64,000 nucleotides of DNA from Pelagomonas calceolata (GCA_918797485.1 CAKKNE010000004.1:1178001-1242000), one strand, 5' to 3'. Shown: positions 21,776 to 32,447, counted from the stretch's first letter. Translations and numbers: made by a program. The notes: generated from the sequence alone by a model not told the origin.

Positions 21776-22799
21776 CTCGGCACCCGTCGACGTCCGCGCG
21801 GCGTCGTACCGTCCATCCTTCCAGTTGGCCCAGCCAAAGGCCTCGCCGCCCATGCGCGACGGGAAGTGCAGCATGTACAGATCAATATAGTCGCACTGCA
21901 GCCTTGATAGGGACGCCTCGCAGGACGCCCGCAATCGATCGGCGTCGAAGGCGTGCTTCTTCCACTTTCCCGGCTTCCCTACGGTACCGCCCGTGCCCAG
22001 GGGGTTGCACTTCGTCGCGAAGTACAGGTCCTCGCGCTTCACGGTGCCGTCTCCGATTCTACGGGCGAGCCAGTTGCCGATCCACGTCTCCGTCGTCTTG
22101 CCGTAGTTGAAGGCCACGGGGTACATCTCTGCCGTATCAAAAAAGTTCACGCCGTGCTCCACGAAACAGTCCAGTTGCGCGTGGGCCTCTTCTTCGCTGC
22201 CGTTGAAGGAGCCCCAGGTCATGGAGCCGGCGCAGAGCTCCGAGACGACCATGTCCGAGCGGCCGTACTTGACCTTCCGTAACGCGTCGCGGCGCGCGAG
22301 GGGCCGCGGCATGGCTCGCGTGGCGACGCGGCGCGGGGCGAGGCGCTGCGTTGTTAGGATGGATGCAGACCCGAAACCTCGCGGCTCGGGCGCTGCTCAC
22401 GATTGGTCACTCCCGGAGCCAGCGACCTCAATCTTGCAGTAATGATGCTGCTTGCTTGGCAGCTCTTCCAAGGCTGAGGCATCCCTAGTGCCTTACAGGC
22501 CGCTAGCTTTACCCAGCCTCCCGACTGATCAGGCGCCACGGCCAGGGCGTCCGGAGCCCCCCAGGACGAGTTGGCCGCGCCTGCGCAAGCCGCCAACAAA
22601 TAGATAAAAAATTAGGCATGGGATTGACGCGGGCTGCCTCCTCCCGCACGCGAAAGCAGTCGTCGCGATGCGTGGGCGCGCGACGGTCCATCGCCAGCGG
22701 GCAGCCGTGCGTACCACACCCTAACGTCTAGCTCGTTGCCCTCGCTGCCCGCTGGGGACATCCTCGACGCAGGGCCGCCGGACGGGTGGCGAGAGCGCC

Positions 22800-24116
22800 A
22801 TGCTCCAAGCGGGCCACCGCCGCAACAACTCGGGCGACGTCGGGCTCTGGCGCCGGCCGGCGTCCGACGAGGAGGAAGTAGCGAGGGGCATGCGTTCTCG
22901 GCGGTCGCGGTCGGAGCTGGTGATGACACGCGGCGACGCCTTCGACCGGCGGCCCCGTCATCAAAGGCGGCGGCAGCGGCGGCTGCGGACCTGCGCCGCG
23001 GTCGTCGTGGCGACCTTGGTGGGAGCGTGCGCCGTCGCGGCCGTCGCGCAGCGCCGCGCGATCGCGCCGATCATCGCGCTGGCGGACGTGGCGCGCGCCT
23101 CGGCCTTCGATCGCTGCGCCTGGCGCGACCCGCGGGCCGTCGCCGTCCTGACGCCGTTCAAGGCCGGCGGAAAGTCCCTCGTCAGCGCGCTCGGCGAGTT
23201 GAAGTTGCGGACCGAGCGCTACGCGATCAAGGAGCTCCCCGTCTGGCGGCCGGGCCAATCATCAACAGTCATGCGGAGGCAGCGCAAGTCCATCAAGAGG
23301 CTCGTGGAGAAGTCGATCAAGGCCGCGGGAAGAGGGGTCCTCAAGGGCGCGGGGCCGCGGCCCCAGGACGACCCGGACGTGGCGGTCGTCGCCGTGACGC
23401 GGAACCCGCGGGAGGCGCTCGCGTCGGCCTACGCCGAGCTGAACCGCGACGAGGGCCCCGCGGGCCCGCCGTCCGTCGACGAGTGCGCGCTCGACCAGCG
23501 GTGCGCCCGGGCCTTCGGGCTCGCTCGGTTGTGTTCGGCGCAGACGCTGGCGCTGTGCGGGGGCGACGAGGCGTGCCTGCCCGACGCGGAGGGCCGCGCG
23601 TCGCGCGAGGCGATCGACCTCGCGCTGCTGGCGTTGAACAACTCCGTGCTGATCACGATCCCCTCGGAGCGGCTGGATATCGACGGCTACGCGACCCTCG
23701 AGACGTTACTGCCGACGTACTTCCGGGGCCTGCGGCAGGCGGCGCCGCCGCGGCCGCCCTTCCAGCGTAGAGACAGGAGCCAGGGCGCCGCCGCGCGCGC
23801 CCTGCGACGGCTCTGCGACGCCGACCAGCAGATCTTCGACGCCGCCGCGCTGATCTACCAGCGGCGCGCGAAGGAGTGCGAGGCGGCGGCGCGCGAGTAC
23901 GAGCACGCCGTGGAGCTGCGGCACGCGCGCCTGGCCCTGAACCGGCGGCGCGAGCGCCAGGGCCTGGCCGAGGCGGCCACGCTCCAGCCCCTCGCGGAGC
24001 GGCGGCGGCCCGAACGACCGACGCGGGCGCCCACCGTCGGCGCCGTCCAGCGCCTCGCGCGCCGCGCGCCCTTCGCCGAGGGCCTCGTCCGCGGCGCGGA
24101 CGACGGGCCGTCGTGA
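22800..24116 (+). CDS. Type II membrane protein, sulfotransferase-like
   Basis: TM anchor; TPFKAGGKSL and VTRNPREALASAY resemble PAPS-binding motifs. True start may be 22890. Confidence 0.55.
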   Translation: MLQAGHRRNNSGDVGLWRRPASDEEEVARGMRSRRSRSELVMTRGDAFDRRPRHQRRRQRRLRTCAAVVVATLVGACAVAAVAQRRAIAPIIALADVARASAFDRCAWRDPRAVAVLTPFKAGGKSLVSALGELKLRTERYAIKELPVWRPGQSSTVMRRQRKSIKRLVEKSIKAAGRGVLKGAGPRPQDDPDVAVVAVTRNPREALASAYAELNRDEGPAGPPSVDECALDQRCARAFGLARLCSAQTLALCGGDEACLPDAEGRASREAIDLALLALNNSVLITIPSERLDIDGYATLETLLPTYFRGLRQAAPPRPPFQRRDRSQGAAARALRRLCDADQQIFDAAALIYQRRAKECEAAAREYEHAVELRHARLALNRRRERQGLAEAATLQPLAERRRPERPTRAPTVGAVQRLARRAPFAEGLVRGADDGPS

Positions 24117-24293
24117 ACCTAATCTTAGTAGTATGTCTCTCTTCTCGCCCCACGCTGTCTCCGGCGCCGCCGGGTGGGCGCCCGCGTCACTTCCCGCGTC
24201 GGCCACGGGTGCGCCCACGGCCCCCGCCACGAGTCCAGCTCGTCCGATGCCGTGACGTAGTAATTCTTGTGAAGTCGCGACAGACGAACCAAC

Positions 24294-25701
24294 TTACCCG
24301 GGGTCCCCCGCCGCCGCGGCGCCGTCGCCGCAGGACGCGACGCCCGGCAGGCCCAGCGCGGCTAACCTATCGAACTCCGCCCGGAAGCGCCGCTCGCCGG
24401 GGCAGTGCAGGAACGACGGCAGCGTGTCCGTCAGCGCGTTGCGTAATACACCACCGACGACCCCAAAATCTCGCAAGAAGGCGCGCCCGCCCGTGTTCCC
24501 GAACAGTTCCTGGAAGTGGTCCAGCGCGAGCGTCCGCGCCGCGCACGGCACGTCCGGGCCGCAGGGGTTGCGCCGGACGCCTTCACCGTCGCAGGGGGCC
24601 GCCTCCGCCAGGAACCGCCGGTGCAGTAACGTCTGGTCCGAGACGCCGTCCCAGCCCTCCGCGTCGCGCAGGGCCCGCGCGGCCACCTTTTCCAGGTCCC
24701 CCGCGCGGCCCGCGAGGCCCCCGGAGTTCAGGAACCGGTAGGGCTGCGCTCCGGCGGGGTAGTGGGCGCCGACGCACGCCTCGTCCGGTCCGCGGAAGTA
24801 GAACGTCTGGTCCGCCGACGCGACGACGCGGCCGGGGTGCCTCTCCAATAACTGCTGGATGCGGTTCGCGATGCGGCCGCGGCCGCCCGTGACGATGACG
24901 TCGTACCCGTCGACGGCGACGACGAGCGTGTCCTCGCGGAGTGAAGCGCAGAAGGCCCGCAGCAGCTCGAGCTTCAGGCCGTTGTGCCACGTGCCTGTGT
25001 GGAAATTAACCAGCGAGTCAGGTTTTTCGGCCCAAACCCGGACACGACGTTCCTCTGATACACTCGACCGTATCCAGAGAGCAGCACCTCGCTCCGACCG
25101 CGAGAGACCACGAATTGAAGGGCGCTTGAACTTGATTTCCACACAGCCACGTGCGGTTCGCGCCGCCGAGCACGTCGACGTCCACGCCGTGGTGCCGCGC
25201 CGACGCGAGCAGGCGCCGCAGCCCGCACGTTTCAGCGGACGCGAAGGTCGCGACCCGCAGCGCCGCGGGCGGCTTCGTTAGGGCTCGCGCGCGCGCGAGC
25301 GAGTGCGCCGCGCCCAGGTCGGTCGGGTCCCCCGCCACCGCGAGTTCCAGCGCCGCCGCGGCGTCGCGCGCGTCGCCTTCGTGATTCCTGTCCAGCAGCG
25401 CGAGCCCGTACTGCCGCCACGCGGCCGCGTCCTGCCGGGCTATTTCCGTGCGCCGGCGCGCGTCCTCGACGGCCCCGTCGGCGTCGCCGCGCGCCGCGCG
25501 GGCGAGGCTCCTTCTCCCTAATGATGCGCCGGCGTCGAGGAGCACGGCGTCGGCGCACGCGACGCCGCGCGGCGTCGGGCCCAGGCCATGCTGGCGGCAG
25601 TACGCGGCCGCGTTGGCTGGGATGTCTCCATCGATTAATGCCTCCGGAATCTCCACGGTCACGACGTCGGCGCGCACCAGGGCGAGGAGCAGGACGAGCA
25701 T
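24294..25701 (-). CDS. Secreted TPR + PLOD-type glycosyltransferase; exons 25701-25155 and 24994-24294
   Basis: Signal peptide, TPR-like helices, LRVATFAS, VAVDGYDVIV, YRFLNSGGLAG and SDQ. Confidence 0.8.
24995..25146. mobile_element. Introner 4 (intron 24995-25154, minus strand, GC-AG)
   Basis: TIRs ctgtgtggaaatt / gatttccacacag. Perfect TSD ccacgtgc at 24987-24994 and 25147-25154. Confidence 0.92.
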
Positions 25702-25910
25702 CGATGGCGTTTCTCCGTGTACGCAGCTTCGCCGGCGCACGAGTTAGTCTAGCGTTCGTGACCGCTTAAGTACTCTCTCCTGGCGTCAGGGGGCAGCCAT
25801 TTTCTTCCGCGCCAGGCTGCCCACGCTGGCATCCAGTCCCTCTCTCTTTTTGGGGGTCCGGCACGGCCGACAAGGTTGCCCAGCGTGTAAGACACTAGCA
25901 AGGTTGCCTA

Positions 25911-26091
25911 CGACGTAACTAGCCTGAGCCTGAGCCTGGTTGCACCTCCTGATGGGGGGCGTCCCGAAGAGGGGGGGGCGTGCGAGTCCCTGCGACTCAG
26001 CCCTTGCGTCCTAGTCCAGCCGGACGGGTGGGCCCGGGGGGAGCGGGAGGGGTACGGGGGACCCTGCGACGTAACTAGCCTGAGCCTGAGC
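25911..26091. repeat. 25-bp direct repeats around a G-rich 131-bp core
   Basis: cgacgtaactagcctgagcctgagc at 25911-25935 and 26067-26091. Confidence 0.85.
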
Positions 26092-26174
26092 ACATATGCC
26101 TTGCAGTCGTTCGAGTACCTTTCGGTTCGCTAAGGGCCCAAAGAGACCAATGGGACACCTGGAGACGAACGCGA

Positions 26175-28073
26175 TTACGACTCCCCGCTCCCCAGCGACG
26201 ACGCCGACGACGCGTCGGCGCCGTCCCCGGCGGACGACGACGCGCCCTCCTCCGTCGACTCGTCCGAGAGCAGCCCGAGCGCCAGCGCCCGCAGCTCGGC
26301 CAGCCGCGGCGCCGCCCGCAGCTGCCGCCGGGACGGCTGCGGCCGGTCCCGCGACCGCGCGAGCGCCAGGAGGGCCGCGCGCTCCCGCCTCAATTTGGAC
26401 ACCTCGCGCCGGCGGCGCCGCTCGTCGCGCTTCCGCTCCGCGGCCCGCGCCTCGCCCTGCGCCTCGAGCGCGCGGACCTGGGCCTCCGCGTCGCGCTCGC
26501 GCCGGCGCAGCGCCTCGAGCGCCCGATCCTTCTCGAACGCGGCCGCGGCGCGGGCGTCGTCCGCCTCGCGCGCCGCGCGCCGCGCGGCGGCGACGTCGCG
26601 CGTCATCGCCTCTCTTACTTCAAGAAGGTCGGCCTGCAGCTCCTTGACTTGCGCGGCGCAGCGCGCCTCGGCCTGGGCCGCGTTCGTGCGCGCGTCGTCG
26701 ACGGCGGCCGCGGCGCGGTCCCGCGCGGCCTTGGTCTCGGCGCGGGCCGCGTCGCGCTCCGCCTTCATCGAGGCCGCGTCGCGCTGCGCCGCGTCGGCGC
26801 GGAGCGACCGCAGTCGCAGTTCGTGGCGCCACAGCAACGCGGCGTCGTCGCGGTGGCGCGCCGCGTCGCGGTCCGCGAGCGCGAGGGCGCGCAGCAGCGC
26901 GCCCCGGTCTCCCGTCAACCGGCTGACTTCCTGACGGAGCTGCGGCGGCGTCAGCGCGTCCAGACCCGGTTCCGATGAAGGTGACGCGGGCGCGTCCAGC
27001 AAAAGCCGCGGCCGGAAATCAATTGACGAAGCACTCCGCAGGGACCCGCGCGCCGCGAGGTGGACACCGGACGCGTCCGGCGGCGGACCGGGCACGAAGA
27101 ACAGTAAAACTTCGCCCCAGGTCACGTCCTCCGTGGACGCGAAGGGCCGGTCCGCCTCGCTCGCGCAGTCGGCGACGCCCCACGGCTTGGCGCTGAGCGC
27201 CGTCAGGCGGCGGTCGAGCGCGTCCAAGCAGTCGGCCCACGCGTCGGGGCCGCAGTAGTTCCGCATCAACCGGTCGAGGCGGTCGTCTCCTCTTAAGGCT
27301 TTCCGCAGCGCCGCCGCGGGCACGGAGCCCGTCGCGTCCGCGTCCAAGTCCCGGAAGATGCCCCGCATGAGGGCCTCGGCCTCCGGCCGCAGGCCGACCA
27401 ACGCATCCGGTGGCGGCGCCGTCACCGCCACACCACCCTCGGCCAAGGCTTTCGTCTCCGCGTCGCGCCGTTCCCGCCGCCACAGCCGCTTCTCGGCCGC
27501 CAGGGCCGCTCGAGCGTTGCGCACGCGGACCTCGCGCTGCCTTACTAATTCCGCCGCGCACGCGACGCGGTCGGACGCCTTCCTCAGGCGCGCCGCGTGC
27601 TCGTCCAAGCGCGACGCCGTCCGGACTAACGTGGTTTCGCGCCGTTCGGCGTCGCGCCGCATCGCGTCGAACGCGTTTCGACAGGCGTGGACCACGCCGC
27701 GCCGCTCCCTCCCCAGAAGTTCCTCGCTCTCGCGCCGCGCGGCGTCCGCCGCGGCCGCGTGCGCCTGCGCCGCGCGCCAGCGCCGCTCGCAGAGCGCCGC
27801 CGTCCGGATGGCGTCGGCGGCCGCGCGCCGGGCCGCATGCAAGTGCACGCCCTGATCAACATGGATGCGGCGCCGCACGGCGCCCGCGAACACCTCCTGG
27901 CGCCACCGCTCGAGCGTCGCGGCGTAGGCGACGGCGTCTCCACTCTTATGGTGGCGCGCCGCCGCCGTCGCCATGGCGGCCTCCTGGACCTCGACCATGC
28001 GTCTTAGTTCGCTAGCCTCGGCGCGCGCGCGCGCGAGGGCCTGCTCCATGGTGGTCGGGAGCTCCTCGTCCAT
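26175..28073 (-). CDS. Coiled-coil protein with EF-hand-like motif (possibly CCHCR1-like)
   Basis: Long heptad regions. LERWRQEVFA recalls the CCHCR1 RWREKVFA motif; IFRDLDADATGSV is EF-hand-like. Confidence 0.65.
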   Translation of the reverse strand: MDEELPTTMEQALARARAEASELRRMVEVQEAAMATAAARHHKSGDAVAYAATLERWRQEVFAGAVRRRIHVDQGVHLHAARRAAADAIRTAALCERRWRAAQAHAAAADAARRESEELLGRERRGVVHACRNAFDAMRRDAERRETTLVRTASRLDEHAARLRKASDRVACAAELVRQREVRVRNARAALAAEKRLWRRERRDAETKALAEGGVAVTAPPPDALVGLRPEAEALMRGIFRDLDADATGSVPAAALRKALRGDDRLDRLMRNYCGPDAWADCLDALDRRLTALSAKPWGVADCASEADRPFASTEDVTWGEVLLFFVPGPPPDASGVHLAARGSLRSASSIDFRPRLLLDAPASPSSEPGLDALTPPQLRQEVSRLTGDRGALLRALALADRDAARHRDDAALLWRHELRLRSLRADAAQRDAASMKAERDAARAETKAARDRAAAAVDDARTNAAQAEARCAAQVKELQADLLEVREAMTRDVAAARRAAREADDARAAAAFEKDRALEALRRRERDAEAQVRALEAQGEARAAERKRDERRRRREVSKLRRERAALLALARSRDRPQPSRRQLRAAPRLAELRALALGLLSDESTEEGASSSAGDGADASSASSLGSGES

Positions 28074-28238
28074 CCGGTTTGGTTGGTTGCAGCGGCGACG
28101 CTCGATTTTTTGTTTCACGTATCGGTGCGGCGCAGCTAAACTCCCTTGGCGTCGACCTTGTGGCACGCTCCGCCGTTTATGGGCGGCCCCAGAGTTTTGT
28201 TTTTGGATCCCTAGTGTCTTACGAGCTAGCAAAATCGA

Positions 28239-28282
28239 ACTACCTGGGGGTGGGTTCAATAAGTGGCTCTCTCTCTCTCTCG
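28239..28282 (+). repeat. Third copy of the repeat at 11530-11612
   Basis: actacctgggggtgggttcaataagtggc(tc)n. Confidence 0.9.
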
Positions 28283-28420
28283 AAAGACGGCGCACATTAC
28301 CACCCATCGCTCGCGGACGGGGACGCGAAGGTCCGCATCTCGCCGCCGCCGCAGCGCGAGCCCGATCTGATATGACTCAAGGATCGTTTGTGTTTTATAC
28401 CACACGTACTTGTCGTTACA

Positions 28421-29857
28421 CTACCGCCAGCGCGCGATGATTTTTGGCACGTCCGCGACGGAGTCGACGCGCGCGAAGCGGTCGGCGCCGTACGCCTCGA
28501 GCCGCCGCCGCACGTCCTCGCCGTCGTCGCGCTCCTTCTCGGAGTCGTACCGCCGGACCTGGATCGCGCGCGCGCCGAACTCTAGAGCTCCGAGCGCGTC
28601 GTCCGCGAGGCTGTCGCCGACGTGGACGAGTTCGGACGGCGCGCAGCGCGACTGCGCGCAGGCCGCCAGAAAGGGCGGCGCGCGCGGCTTCGCCGCGCCG
28701 ACGTCGCCCGCGGTGAGCCAGTAATCTAAAACGGCGCCGAGGCGGCCGCAGGCGTGCGCGTTGCCGTTCGTCAGCGCGCCGACGGTCTCGACGCCCATCG
28801 CTCGCAATGACGCGACGCAGGCGAGGGCGTCTCCGTCCAAATGGGCGTCCGTCGCCTCCGACCGGGCGTCCTCGTACGCCGCGGCGAGAGCGTCTCCATT
28901 CGAGACGGGCTCCCCATATTTCTCCGCGAGCTGCCGATACACAACGCGCCGCCGCGCCGTGATGTCGTGGCGCACGTCCTTCTCCATATCCAGGATCGGG
29001 CGGTCCCGTTCAAACGCCGCGAGGCCCTTCAAAATATCATCGTCCTCGGCACCGAACGCCGCGGCGGCGCCGGGCACGTGCGCGCGAATTAAGGAAGGCA
29101 GCGCGTTTTTCGCTTCCGCTATGGGCGGCCACGTCGGCCAGAGCGTGTTGTCCAGATCGAAGGAAACGGCGCGGCAGGGCGCCGCCTCATCCAATGAAGA
29201 CGCGCCCCAGAGCTCTTCCACGACCGCGGCGGCCTGGCCCCGGGCCCGCGCCTTGTCGTAGCAGTCCGTCTCCACGACGAAGTCGGCCCGCGCGACGCGG
29301 TCCTCGTCCGCGAGCTGCCGCCCCAGGATCGCATCGAGCTTCGCCGGCGTCATGCCCTCGCGCTTCAGGGCGCGCCTTCGTTGTTCGTCGCGGCCGCAGG
29401 ACACCGCGACCGTGTGGTCGATGCCCTCCGCGCCCGTCTCGAATAACAGAGGAATGTCCACCCCCACAAGCCAGCACGTCTGGTCGCGCACGAACCGCTC
29501 CCTCTCTTTTCGCACGAGGGGGTGCACGATCGCATCAAGTCGCTCGAAGGCTTTGGTCCGCGCCGCGCCCTCGAGATGCGTGAGCTTGGCGCCCAATTTC
29601 GCGCGGTCGATTGCGCCGTCTTCGCTGAGGACATCACCGAACGCCGCCGCGACGGGCGCGACGGCCGGGCCGCCTTTTGCATAGAGCCGCCGAACGCACT
29701 GGTCGGCGTCGTGGAACGGGATGCGGTAGACGTTTTGCAATAGACTCGTAATAGTACTTTTGCCCATCGCGATGCCGCCCGTCACGCCGAGCACGCGCGG
29801 CTTTGGTGACAAGCTGGCGGCTGCTGTGAGCGTGGCCATAAGTGACACGCGCAGCAT
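28421..29857 (-). CDS. coaE: Dephospho-CoA kinase fused to a HAD hydrolase
   Basis: GVTGGIAMGKST, HDAD, IDRAKLG, IVHPLV, DIPLLFE; then FDLDNTLW, LTNG, AKP and HVGDSLADD. Confidence 0.9.
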   Translation of the reverse strand: MLRVSLMATLTAAASLSPKPRVLGVTGGIAMGKSTITSLLQNVYRIPFHDADQCVRRLYAKGGPAVAPVAAAFGDVLSEDGAIDRAKLGAKLTHLEGAARTKAFERLDAIVHPLVRKERERFVRDQTCWLVGVDIPLLFETGAEGIDHTVAVSCGRDEQRRRALKREGMTPAKLDAILGRQLADEDRVARADFVVETDCYDKARARGQAAAVVEELWGASSLDEAAPCRAVSFDLDNTLWPTWPPIAEAKNALPSLIRAHVPGAAAAFGAEDDDILKGLAAFERDRPILDMEKDVRHDITARRRVVYRQLAEKYGEPVSNGDALAAAYEDARSEATDAHLDGDALACVASLRAMGVETVGALTNGNAHACGRLGAVLDYWLTAGDVGAAKPRAPPFLAACAQSRCAPSELVHVGDSLADDALGALEFGARAIQVRRYDSEKERDDGEDVRRRLEAYGADRFARVDSVADVPKIIARWR

Positions 29858-30329
29858 GCAGCGCAGGACACCCGTGCACAGCCGCACCAGGGCTTGGCTG
29901 TGGACCAGGGCTAGGCTGTGGACCAGGGCTAGGCTGTGTGGAGCTGCACTGCCGCGCCGGAGCCGCCGCCGGAGCGATGGAGGGAGCCGGGGGCTTCGCG
30001 AAACCGGTTCCTGCTTGCAGCCTCGAACAGATGCCGCCAACACACGCCTGTTTCACCAGGTGCTAGCGTCTAGTAACACACTACCCTGGGATTGTGGGGT
30101 CCACACAACACACGTAAACGCAGTGGCAGCAGCGCTGGTCTCGGGCAATACACGAAGTGTTTACAGCGATCCCAACTGCCGACGATGCTGCGGCGCAAGC
30201 CCACCGGGTGCTGCGCGTCTCTAAGGCACGAACCAGCCATCATCCTCTAAGTTGACAATCCCTACCGCAACCAGCTATCGTGCTCCTCTAAAGACATGCA
30301 ACCGGCTATCGTGCTACTCCTTTAAAGCC

Positions 30330-31661
30330 ATGCAACGAGCTCTGCTGCTCCTACTCGGAGCGGCGGCCGGCGCCGTCGAGAACGCCTTGCACGATTCGCG
30401 TGCGGCCTTAGGCGACGCCAAGCCGTGCTGCGGGCACTGCAAGCGGTGGCACTACCCCTGCCCCCCTTCCATGCACAAGGGCGCGTCGCCGACGCTGGTG
30501 TCCTGGGAGGACTTCACGGCGCCGCTGCCGCCCGGCGCGGAAGTGGAGATCCCGTGCGGCACGCGCGTGGAAGTCAGGACGGACCTCAAGGCCAAGATCG
30601 GCGGGCTGCGCGTCCGCGGTGAGCTGGCGTTCATGGACGGCGCCGACGTCGAGCTCGAGACGCCGCATATATACGTGTGCGGTCTGTTCGCGGCGGGGAC
30701 GGTCAAGAAGCCGTACGAGTCGTCGCTCGTAATAACGCTCTCTGCGGGCGACGACGCGGCCGCGCTGGACGAGGACGGTATCGACTACGGCACCGAGGCC
30801 TTCGCGGTCTTTGGGGGCCTCATCTTCCTGCGGGGCACGGCGTGCTCCGACCCGCGGGTCTATACAGAGCGCGCCGCGGTCGCGCGGGGCCTCGTCCCGC
30901 GGACGACGTGGACGCGGCTGAAGCGGCCGGCCCTCCCGGGCGATGCCAAGGTCCGCGTCGCGGGCGTCGACGCGACGGAGGTCGCGAGGGTGGGCGCCCG
31001 CCTCGCGATCGCCTCGACGGATTGGGACGACGCCCTCACCGAGACGCGGAACGTGGTCGCCTCTCGAAGAACGACCGGTCTCGGCGTGGAGCTCACGCTC
31101 GACGCGCCCCTCACGTTCGCCCACGGCGGCACCGAGCCCGTCGCGGCCGAGGTCGCGTCGTTATCGCGCAACATAGCCATCGTCGGCGCGCCCGGGTGTG
31201 CGCAACGGGCGCCGAAGCCGCGCTGCGGCCACGTCATAATCAGCCACACGCCCCACGGCGTCGTGTGCGGCGTGGAGTTCTCGAACCTTGGGGCGCACAC
31301 GACGCTCGGGAAGTATCCACTGCATGCCCACATGTGCGGCAACGCCTCGTCGCTGGCGTTCGCGGCGAACGCGATCCACAAGACGTATCACCGGTCCCTC
31401 GTGGTCCACAGTACGAGCGACGCGCTCTTCGCGCACAACGTGGCCTACGACGGGACGGGGCACATGTACGTCCTCGAGAACGGCCTCGAGCTGCGAAATT
31501 TAATCGTGGGCAACGTCGGCATGGTGACCTGGCCGCCCGAGCCGGCGTGGTCCTGCCCCGGCCACAACCGCCGACGGCGCGTCGGATTTCCCAAAGGCGA
31601 CCCCACCCTCCTTCGCGGCGTAGACCTTGGGCGCGACTCCGTCGATTTTCTTGCGCTGTAG
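30330..31661 (+). CDS. Secreted G8-domain / beta-helix protein (fibrocystin-L/TMEM2-like), apparently C-terminally truncated
   Basis: Signal peptide, G8-like region, TWTRL, AIASTD, ETR, AEVASLSRNI, GKYPLHAH and GHMYVLENGLE..N...GN. Confidence 0.8.
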   Translation: MQRALLLLLGAAAGAVENALHDSRAALGDAKPCCGHCKRWHYPCPPSMHKGASPTLVSWEDFTAPLPPGAEVEIPCGTRVEVRTDLKAKIGGLRVRGELAFMDGADVELETPHIYVCGLFAAGTVKKPYESSLVITLSAGDDAAALDEDGIDYGTEAFAVFGGLIFLRGTACSDPRVYTERAAVARGLVPRTTWTRLKRPALPGDAKVRVAGVDATEVARVGARLAIASTDWDDALTETRNVVASRRTTGLGVELTLDAPLTFAHGGTEPVAAEVASLSRNIAIVGAPGCAQRAPKPRCGHVIISHTPHGVVCGVEFSNLGAHTTLGKYPLHAHMCGNASSLAFAANAIHKTYHRSLVVHSTSDALFAHNVAYDGTGHMYVLENGLELRNLIVGNVGMVTWPPEPAWSCPGHNRRRRVGFPKGDPTLLRGVDLGRDSVDFLAL

Positions 31662-32111
31662 CGAGGCGACGTGCGCGAGGACGTCCCGCCGCCGCAGGTC
31701 GATGAATTTCACGTCCGACGCCGTCGCCCAGGCCGCGACGTTGGCCACATCACCTCGTCGTGCGCCCTGCGACGCCGGGAACCACTTGAAGCCGCGCGCC
31801 TTGCGGCCGCACTTTGCGTAGGACCCGACGACGCGCTGCCGCCACGTCTCGAGCACCGGCTCGCCGTCCGGCGGCGCCCAGGCAGTCAGTCTCTCCGCGA
31901 GGAGCGCCTCGACGGCGCCGCCGACGGCGCCAGCGCAATTCCCGGAGCAGCGGCCCCACTCGGGGTGCAGAAGCTCGCCGCGCGCGCAGATCTCGCGGTG
32001 CGAGTTGAGCGTCTTGACGAAGAACGAAGAACCGCTTCGCGCGCTTGAGAGCACGAGGAAGTCGCTGTGTGCCCGTGCCACGGCGCAGACGACAAGCGAG
32101 AGGACGCGCAT
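31500..32111 (-). CDS. Stf0-like sulfotransferase, apparently truncated
   Basis: Signal peptide, LSSARSGSSF...LNSH..I...GELL, RGFKWF and IDLRRRDVLAHVAS. Confidence 0.7.
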   Translation of the reverse strand: MRVLSLVVCAVARAHSDFLVLSSARSGSSFFVKTLNSHREICARGELLHPEWGRCSGNCAGAVGGAVEALLAERLTAWAPPDGEPVLETWRQRVVGSYAKCGRKARGFKWFPASQGARRGDVANVAAWATASDVKFIDLRRRDVLAHVASLQRKKIDGVAPKVYAAKEGGVAFGKSDAPSAVVAGAGPRRLGRPGHHADVAHD

Positions 32112-32447
32112 CGTTCGCGGCGGCTCGTGGCGGAGGAGGCGCTCTCTCTTATATTGGTTTCGTCCCGAGAGTACGGATCTCTTTAAACAGGTTATTATTA
32201 CCCATGCTGCGTGCGGCGCGAGGGCCGGAATTACGCGCGGCGCCGCGGCGAGACGTTCGTATGAAACAAAGCGTGTTTGCAAAAAAGACCGGGGTTTGCA
32301 GCTTGCTCTAGTATCTTACATGCCGCTAGCCGTGCGCGCGCGGCGCTCGCCCGGCCGCTTGCGCGTGCCTCAGGTGCCAATTCACGGTGTGACGCAGCAC
32401 CACACTCAGCCTTGCCTCTTGGCTGCAGCTCGCCGACGCAGCACCAT

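Larger units (their letters stand above)
17226..22312 (-). pseudogene. Aldo-keto reductase (Tas-like) split by a 3.66-kb insertion; also carries introner 3
   Basis: GSMTWG, FFDTAEMYP, ATKC, YIDLYMLHFP, WGLSNET, SVQN and LALAWCR to 21142. The frame resumes near 17467 as DRPYNAVVVTGTTTVQQCEEAIRA...LLDAIDAIHERY, stop at 17226. Confidence 0.85.

Noticed and set aside
25945..25975. Hammerhead ribozyme (ctgatgg...gaag)
   Set aside because: Conserved core positions differ from CUGANGA/GAAA, and stems I and III were not found.
11530..28282. Giant transposon bounded by the inverted 40-bp repeats
   Set aside because: No TSD, and the interior is ordinary housekeeping genes.
29884..29940. 18-bp x3 repeat as an N-terminal extension of CoaE
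   Set aside because: It lies upstream of the likely ATG at 29857 and is best read as a UTR minisatellite.
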